Below, one piece after another: positions 34,196 to 39,499 of a DNA stretch of 39,499 nt. Each line of letters starts with the position of its first letter. Position 1 is the stretch's first letter. The translations under genes were made by a program, and so were the position numbers. The DNA lies in IMG/VR virus record IMGVR_UViG_3300011439_000009, positions 1 through 39,499 of that record, one strand, 5' to 3'. The DNA comes from a virus (taxonomy: Duplodnaviria; Caudoviricetes). The notes under the pieces were generated by a model that saw only the letters and a list, made by a program, of their open reading frames with translations, was not told the origin of the DNA and ran no database searches.

Positions 34196-34398
34196 GGCCG
34201 CCCCCTCTGCCATCCGCTCAGCTTGGCCTGCGTGGGTCCGATCCGCAGATCGGTCATGCCCTGATTGCGGAGGTCGCGGACGGCGTTCTTGATGGCGTCC
34301 TTGCCGTCAACGCCCTTGGATGATCCCAGCCATGAGCCGTGGCCTTTGGCGTGGTGGTAGTCGATGGTGACGCTGTACCATTTCTCCTTCGCGGTCAT
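34192..34398 (-). CDS. Hypothetical protein
   Basis: MTAKEKWYSV...; ATGA overlaps. Confidence 0.6.
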   Translation of the reverse strand: MTAKEKWYSVTIDYHHAKGHGSWLGSSKGVDGKDAIKNAVRDLRNQGMTDLRIGPTQAKLSGWQRGRP

Positions 34399-34673
34399 GG
34401 CCGCCACCCGCCGCGCTTGCCCTGATCGCTGACAGCCGTGGCGATCACCTCGATCTCTTTGATGATCTCGTTCAGCTTCCGCAGCCGGGCCGTGTGATCG
34501 GTGGCGGCGTCCGTGTAGGCCTGCGATCCCTGCGGGTAGTAGTCGCGCCCGTTGGGAGCGGCTTTGCAAAGGGCCTCGCGCAGATCACGGCCTGCGGCGA
34601 GGACATCGAGGTAGCCTTCCAGAAGATCGGCCTGCGAGGTGCCGTTCAGGTGGATGGTTGGAACTGTAGTCAT
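34395..34673 (-). CDS. Hypothetical protein
   Basis: PTIHLNGTS...PNGRDYYPQ; GAGGAG RBS. Confidence 0.75.
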   Translation of the reverse strand: MTTVPTIHLNGTSQADLLEGYLDVLAAGRDLREALCKAAPNGRDYYPQGSQAYTDAATDHTARLRKLNEIIKEIEVIATAVSDQGKRGGWRP

Positions 34674-34739
34674 GTTTCGTTCTCCTCGTTTGATCTATGT
34701 CAAAGGTATTGGGGTGGGGCATTTGCGCCCCATCCCGGT

Positions 34740-35444
34740 TCAGCCGTGCTGCTGGGCCAGCGCCTCCCAATCGAGACGGCGATCCGCCGCGTCCTCCAGC
34801 CGCCGCTCCTCGCTGACGTCCTCCACCACCTCCACCGCACCCCACGGCAGGCCGTAGTGACCGGCGCAGATTTTGCCGTAGCCGACGTCGGTGCTGCGCT
34901 CGTCGGTCAGCGCCTTGCGGCAGAAGCAGCAGATGCCGGTGAGCCGCCCGTACTCGCTGGCGACCTTGGCCGGTGCCGCAGCGAACGCCTGCAGCGCGGT
35001 TGCGATGGCGGGGATCGCGTCACGCGACGGGCTGTAGCTGCCGTCGAGGCTGACGCGCCCGTACCATGTGCGACCGTATTCGCTGTCGTCCTTCGCACCC
35101 GCAGTGACGTTCAGGGTGCCGGGCTGCTTGGCGCGTTGACCGGCGCGGGAAACGCGAACGCCATCCGGCAAGCCGGGGACGTTCAGCACCACCGCCGGGA
35201 ACTTGAGCCGGTTGGCGGAGAGGTTGAACAGCTGGAGGATGCCGTCGAGCGAGCCGATCTCGACCTTGGCGGCTGGGGCCTGCTGCGCGACAGCGTAGAC
35301 ACCGTCGCCGACGTAGGCACCCAGCACGACTTGCTTGGTCGCGCCGGAGGCCAGCGTCACCGTGACGGTGCAGCCGGGCAGAACGCTGTCCCAGTTGGCG
35401 ACTTGGACGCACCAGCTGTCGTTGATTTTCTTGAAGCGGTTCAT
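34740..35444 (-). CDS. DUF6011 domain-containing protein
   Basis: C-terminal YGRLTGICCFCRKALTDERS...GYGKICA zinc motif; AAGGA RBS. Confidence 0.78.
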   Translation of the reverse strand: MNRFKKINDSWCVQVANWDSVLPGCTVTVTLASGATKQVVLGAYVGDGVYAVAQQAPAAKVEIGSLDGILQLFNLSANRLKFPAVVLNVPGLPDGVRVSRAGQRAKQPGTLNVTAGAKDDSEYGRTWYGRVSLDGSYSPSRDAIPAIATALQAFAAAPAKVASEYGRLTGICCFCRKALTDERSTDVGYGKICAGHYGLPWGAVEVVEDVSEERRLEDAADRRLDWEALAQQHG

Positions 35445-35492
35445 GGTCTTGATCCTTTGGGTTCTGTGTGAACGGGTTCAACACAATCTTTG

Positions 35493-35517
35493 TCCCATAT
35501 TATATGGATGCGGTCTA
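35493..35517 (-). promoter_or_regulatory. Early promoter/operator motif copy 3 (TAGACCGCATCCATATAATATGGGA)
   Basis: Repeat of the 25-nt motif, upstream of the DUF6011 gene. Confidence 0.75.
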
Positions 35518-35648
35518 TTCACGAAATGTTTCAAGCTAAGTTGCTGGTCGCGCAGGACAAAGGACATAGCCCCGCCACCAGCTCTCGACCGTTGTTGACC
35601 GTCACCTGTCGAGTGGACGTCCAGCCGCCTACCATCAGCTGGCTGCGG

Positions 35649-36110
35649 TTACCTTCCCCGGATCGCCTTCAGCGCCGCCTTGCCGGTCAGCGGCATCTTG
35701 CTGGCGTCAGGCCCCAGCCTCTTGCTGGTGACCACGCCCTTGGCGTCCCGCTTGGCCTTGGCGCGGGCCTCCTTCTCCGCCGCGATCTCGGCACGGGCGG
35801 CGGCGTCCTTGGCGTCCCGCTTCAGGAAATCGGGGATCGATAGGTCAGGTCCGCTGTCGTGAACCAGCAGCTCGCCAGCCTTGTCGAACACCGGCTCTTT
35901 CGGCACCCACGCCGGGGCCTTGGGCAGCGGCGTGAACTTTGGCGCGGGCTGCTTGCCCAGCTCCTTCTGCAGACGCGCCAGCCTGCGCCGCTCGTCGGCC
36001 AGCTTGTGCTGGATGATCGCGAGCCGCCGGAACGCCAGCTCGCGTTGCTCGGTCAGCCGGGCGATGGTATTGAGGCACTGACGGTGCCGCTTCTCACGCA
36101 GTGTCGTCAT
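35649..36110 (-). CDS. Basic coiled-coil hypothetical protein
   Basis: MTTLREKRH...; GGAG/AGGA RBS; contains DLSIPDFLKR. Confidence 0.7.
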   Translation of the reverse strand: MTTLREKRHRQCLNTIARLTEQRELAFRRLAIIQHKLADERRRLARLQKELGKQPAPKFTPLPKAPAWVPKEPVFDKAGELLVHDSGPDLSIPDFLKRDAKDAAARAEIAAEKEARAKAKRDAKGVVTSKRLGPDASKMPLTGKAALKAIRGR

Positions 36111-36142
36111 CTTCCTGTTCTCCGTTCTTGCTGTTGCACTAG

Positions 36143-36176
36143 GCCCCGCCCCGGCTGCGATACCGGGGCGGGGTTT
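36143..36176. terminator. Strong intergenic hairpin
   Basis: CCCCGCCCCGG-8nt-CCGGGGCGGGG between two co-oriented genes; T-run only on the plus side. Confidence 0.5.
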
Positions 36177-36180
36177 CGGT

Positions 36181-36396
36181 TTAGCGGTCGAGCCAAGCCT
36201 GCCAGCCCTTGAACCGCGCCTCGTAGGCATTGCTTGCGCGACCGTGCCAGAAGAACTTGTTGGGGCCGTGGAACTCCCACTGGTCGCGCCCGTAGCCGTA
36301 GACCCACGCATCCTTGAGGACGCGCATGCCTTTCTCCTTCAGCGTTGGCACGATCTGCCGAAGCAGCTGCCTGCTGAACTCGATGTCGATGTTCAT
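36181..36396 (-). CDS. Hypothetical early protein
   Basis: WEFHGP..F.W.G.A.NAY.AR..GW; AAGGA RBS; first gene after the promoter motif. Confidence 0.72.
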   Translation of the reverse strand: MNIDIEFSRQLLRQIVPTLKEKGMRVLKDAWVYGYGRDQWEFHGPNKFFWHGRASNAYEARFKGWQAWLDR

Positions 36397-36433
36397 GGTC
36401 GTTGTCCTTTAAGTGTTTTCAACACCATCATCA

Positions 36434-36458
36434 TCCCATTTTATATGGATTGGGTCAA
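36434..36458 (-). promoter_or_regulatory. Early promoter/operator motif copy 4 (TTGACCCAATCCATATAAAATGGGA)
   Basis: Repeat of the 25-nt motif. Confidence 0.75.
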
Positions 36459-36480
36459 CACCTATTATTCACATGCAATA

Positions 36481-36936
36481 TCAAGCACTTACATAGAACA
36501 CCGGCATGGTAGTCAGATGCCTCGCGCGTTTGATGTCGTAGTGGCACATCATCTCGATGTCGTTGTCGTCGCCGCGATCCGAGCGCCCTCCCATGCGCTT
36601 GAACGCACTGTCGTCGGCATGAAACCAGCCGGTCACGTTCGTCCATCGCACCACGATGATCGGCGACACGCCAAGCAGCTTGCGAGCAAGCAGCAACCCG
36701 TTGACCTTTTCCTCGTCGATGAAGAAAGTTGGGAAGGTGCCTGCTTTGTGCTTCCGGCACTTGATCTCAAGCGCGGCGACATACTCGCGAGACAAATTCC
36801 CGTTCACGCGGATGCCAAGCCTGTCAACCACCGACAGATCGCGCAGCCTGTCGATGGTGATGTCCCACTCACGCGCCACGTCGGCGGCAACAGCGTCCTC
36901 GTTAGCCCGGTCCTCGCTAGTCTGCCTTATCGGCAT
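36481..36936 (-). CDS. PD-(D/E)XK-like nuclease
   Basis: E...VD...ALEIKCR motif; GGRSDRGD..DIE C-terminus. Confidence 0.6.
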   Translation of the reverse strand: MPIRQTSEDRANEDAVAADVAREWDITIDRLRDLSVVDRLGIRVNGNLSREYVAALEIKCRKHKAGTFPTFFIDEEKVNGLLLARKLLGVSPIIVVRWTNVTGWFHADDSAFKRMGGRSDRGDDNDIEMMCHYDIKRARHLTTMPVFYVSA

Positions 36937-37267
36937 TCCCGATCTTCCTGATGAATAGAATGTTGTTGGTGTATTTCCAGCGGTCGAACCACGAATGAAT
37001 GTCGCTCACCTGTGGCGAGTAGAACTCCCACTCCGGCACCGCATCCAGCGGCACGTCGTAGAACTGTGATCGAGCGAAGCCGTCGCAGCGCATGTGACGC
37101 TGCCCGGCCACCGCCAGCACCGACCGGCATCTCAGCTCGTAGGGGACGCGCCCGATCCCCGGCTCGACGGTGACGGCTTCGGACTTGCACTTGTCGCAGA
37201 CGTATCGATTGAGCCGTCGCTCCCCATCTGTGGGAGCAGGAACATCAACCCTTCTTCGTTCACCCAT
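36917..37267 (-). CDS. Putative Zn-ribbon hypothetical protein
   Basis: YVCDKC...C...C motif; start uncertain. Confidence 0.5.
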   Translation of the reverse strand: MGERRRVDVPAPTDGERRLNRYVCDKCKSEAVTVEPGIGRVPYELRCRSVLAVAGQRHMRCDGFARSQFYDVPLDAVPEWEFYSPQVSDIHSWFDRWKYTNNILFIRKIGNADKAD

Positions 37268-37407
37268 CGCATCACCCCTTCGGGACCAATCATCCCGTGC
37301 TTCAAGCTGACGCCGATTGCCAGCAGCTCGTTCTCCATCAGCTTCACCTTCAGCACCGCCGCCCGCAGCGCCGCCAGCATGAACTCCCTGCGCCCCTCGT
37401 CGCTCAT
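37132..37407 (-). CDS. Hypothetical protein
   Basis: MSDEGRREFMLAALR...; GGGAG RBS; ATGA overlap with the helicase. Confidence 0.6.
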   Translation of the reverse strand: MSDEGRREFMLAALRAAVLKVKLMENELLAIGVSLKHGMIGPEGVMRWVNEEGLMFLLPQMGSDGSIDTSATSASPKPSPSSRGSGASPTS

Positions 37408-38903
37408 GCCAGCTCCCGCTGCTTCTGCTTGCCCTTGTAGTAAGCGATCATCCGCGACTTGATCCAGCCGCGCATGTCCTCGGTGATCAGCGCCTCGACC
37501 TCTCGCAATCCCTGCGTCCCGACACCGAACAGTTCGCGGTGCGCCAACCCCACCCAGCCCGGCTTGTAGCCCTTCAGCCGCGCATGCATCAGCAGTTGCG
37601 AGTAGCAGGCCTGCCGCCCCTGCGCGATCAGCCGCTCCTTCACCGTCTTGGGCGGCTTCTGCTGCCGGGTATGCCGGTCGATCTCCAGCAGCTCGCCGTC
37701 GGCGCAGACGATGGCACCGTCGCGCGGCGTGTGCGTGAAGCCACAGTGCGGACAGGTCTTGGTCTTGGGCGGCAGCAGGGCGCTGCAGCCGACGCACGGC
37801 TTCGGCAGCTTGATGGTGTCGCTGGCGTCCTTCTTCGCCCGCGCCTTGCCGTCGTTCAGCTCCGGGTGATTGATGTCGGTGACGAACCCCAACCGCTGAT
37901 GGTTGTCGCTGTGATCGAGGATGAGACAGTGATCCTTACCTGTCGCGGTGCGGAGGCCCCTCCCAATGATCTGGACGTGCAGCATCTCCGACTTGGTCGG
38001 TCGCGCCACCACGATGCAGCGAACGTCCCAATCGACGCCCGTGGTCAGCGTCCCGACGTTGCAGACCACCTTGGTGTCACCCTGATGGAAGCGGTGCCGG
38101 ATCAGGTGCCGGGCCTCGCCCTTGGTGTAGGCGTCCTGATAATCGGTCGGCACACCGGCTGCGATGAACTCCCGCTGCAGCGCCTGCGCGTGAGCGCAAT
38201 CCACGGCGAAGCACAGCGTCGGCCTGTTCTGGGCGAGCCGCAGCCACGTCTGCACCACGTCTGCCACCAAGCCGCCCTCGTTCATCACGCGGCTGAGATC
38301 GCCTTCGTGGTAGTCGCCCGCCACCGTGCGGACGCCGGACAGGTCGGGATGGCTCGGCCCGTACACCCTGAAATCTGACAGGTAGCCTTGGTCGATCAGC
38401 TGCTGCGTCGTCACCGGCTGCAGCAGCTTCGTGAAATACGATCCCAACCCCTTCGTCCACGGTGTCGCCGACAATCCGATGATCGGCTTCTTCGCATGCG
38501 CCGGATCGAGAACCATCTTGGCGTAGAACTCAAACCAGCGATGCACCTCGTCGATGATGATCATGTCGCAGTCGGGGAATTGCCGCTTCATCAGCGTCTG
38601 CACCGACGCCACCTGAACCTTGCAGCGACCGTCGGTCATCTCATGCATCGCCTGCATCACGCCGACGTCATCGACGCCCTCGCCCTGCAGGACGCCGACC
38701 GTCTGGTCGATCAATGACAGCGCAGGCACCACGAACAGGATGCGCTTGCCCTTCTTCAATGCGCTGTCGATCAGCGCCGCGCCGACCAGCGTCTTGCCCG
38801 CGCCGGTTGGGGCCTGCACCACGACGCGCGTGTCGCCGCCGCGAACGGTTTCGCGCAGATCGTCGATGGCCCTAATCTGGTAGTCGCGCAGCTCCGTGAT
38901 CAT
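37404..38903 (-). CDS. SF2 DExH helicase (YejH/RadD-like) with Zn finger
   Basis: LRDYQ, APTGAGKT, DEVH, GLSATP, LTTGVD, QIIGRGLR, CVGC...CPHCG. Confidence 0.92.
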   Translation of the reverse strand: MITELRDYQIRAIDDLRETVRGGDTRVVVQAPTGAGKTLVGAALIDSALKKGKRILFVVPALSLIDQTVGVLQGEGVDDVGVMQAMHEMTDGRCKVQVASVQTLMKRQFPDCDMIIIDEVHRWFEFYAKMVLDPAHAKKPIIGLSATPWTKGLGSYFTKLLQPVTTQQLIDQGYLSDFRVYGPSHPDLSGVRTVAGDYHEGDLSRVMNEGGLVADVVQTWLRLAQNRPTLCFAVDCAHAQALQREFIAAGVPTDYQDAYTKGEARHLIRHRFHQGDTKVVCNVGTLTTGVDWDVRCIVVARPTKSEMLHVQIIGRGLRTATGKDHCLILDHSDNHQRLGFVTDINHPELNDGKARAKKDASDTIKLPKPCVGCSALLPPKTKTCPHCGFTHTPRDGAIVCADGELLEIDRHTRQQKPPKTVKERLIAQGRQACYSQLLMHARLKGYKPGWVGLAHRELFGVGTQGLREVEALITEDMRGWIKSRMIAYYKGKQKQRELA

Positions 38904-39226
38904 CTCGGCCATCTCCACTCGATTGGTGAAACCGTCAACGGCGGCATGATGTCGGCCACCGCATCCGGCAGTATCTCCAGCGGATCAGGCACGACCACCG
39001 CCACCGGCAGCAACGGCCTCCGCCTGATCTCGACGCCCTTCGCCATCGCTCGCGCAGCCATCAGCGAATTGCCCCAGCACCGGCCACGGGGGCCAACACT
39101 CCAGTACAGGTGCGTGTTGCGGTACGCTTTCCGCGCCTCGTATCTTGTCAGGCACGTCGCCCCCTGCGCTTCAACGCTAGCCAATATCGGAAGGAACGCG
39201 AGCAGGATGGAGAGCAGCGTCCTCAT
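38900..39226 (-). CDS. Hypothetical protein with N-terminal signal/TM segment
   Basis: MRTLLSILLAFLPILASVEAQG; AAGGAGG RBS; two Cys. Confidence 0.65.
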   Translation of the reverse strand: MRTLLSILLAFLPILASVEAQGATCLTRYEARKAYRNTHLYWSVGPRGRCWGNSLMAARAMAKGVEIRRRPLLPVAVVVPDPLEILPDAVADIMPPLTVSPIEWRWPR

Positions 39227-39499
39227 GGTCTGCCTCCTTGATCAGCGGTTCGTTGGCGATCTGAAACGCCCGGCCCAGCGCCATCATCGATGACAGCACC
39301 GTCTCCACCGCAGCGCGGCGGGCCACCGCCTCGTCGCGGATCGCCGTCGTGGTGTCCATCTTGCTCTGCAGCTGCGAAGCCGTCAGCTCCGCGATCTCCA
39401 GCTGCGCCTTGAGGCCAGCGATCTCCGTCATCAGCTCGGCTTCGCGCTTCAGCAGCATGTCGCGCTGGTGCGCCACCTCTTGGTGCAATCGATGCGCCT
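39177..39499 (-). CDS. 3' part of the junction-spanning coiled-coil protein (start at 190)
   Basis: Open frame to the window end, continuing through the terminal overlap. Confidence 0.75.
   Translation of the reverse strand, partial: AHRLHQEVAHQRDMLLKREAELMTEIAGLKAQLEIAELTASQLQSKMDTTTAIRDEAVARRAAVETVLSSMMALGRAFQIANEPLIKEADHEDAALHPARVPSDIG
39377..39499. repeat. Direct terminal repeat (identical to 1-123)
   Basis: Exact match to the window start. Confidence 0.97.

Noticed and set aside
34711-34736. Hairpin after the DUF6011 gene as an intrinsic terminator
   Set aside because: The stem is good but there is no U-tract on the coding strand. It may be a processing or stability hairpin, so I did not call it.
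39377-39499. 123-bp terminal repeat as a biological DTR
   Set aside because: It falls mid-gene, and the ORF reads through once the overlap is collapsed. This fits an assembler overlap on a circular or permuted genome better than real termini.

Overview
This is an apparently complete, circularly permuted genome (39,376 bp unique plus a 123-bp end overlap) of a GC-rich, short-tailed P22-like podovirus. A phage-encoded GcrA points to an alphaproteobacterial host. The minus-strand morphogenesis genes are terS, terL, portal, two predicted cargo enzymes, scaffold, an N4-gp56/DUF4043-type major capsid, gp4- and gp10-like proteins, three ejection proteins (one with a SleB hydrolase domain), several tail fibre/spike proteins, a holin-like protein and a GH19-like endolysin. 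An oppositely oriented block of early genes (21.9-26.3 kb) splits this module between portal and scaffold. Other genes encode RecT, DUF1367, three HNH nucleases, an SF2 helicase, DUF932, DUF6011 and an Acb2/Tad1-like protein. I could not recognise an integrase, DNA polymerase, primase, tRNA or CRISPR array. The most notable unexplained structures are: (i) a ~545-nt densely base-paired intergenic region (23400-23945) that looks like a large minus-strand ncRNA; (ii) a post-portal cassette array of effector genes with a shared C-terminal tag and an 8-codon 'empty cassette'; (iii) a capsid leader with three GCGACA-loop hairpins and an anti-RBS helix; (iv) two distinct recurring promoter/operator motifs. 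All family assignments come from motif recognition by eye, not database searches.
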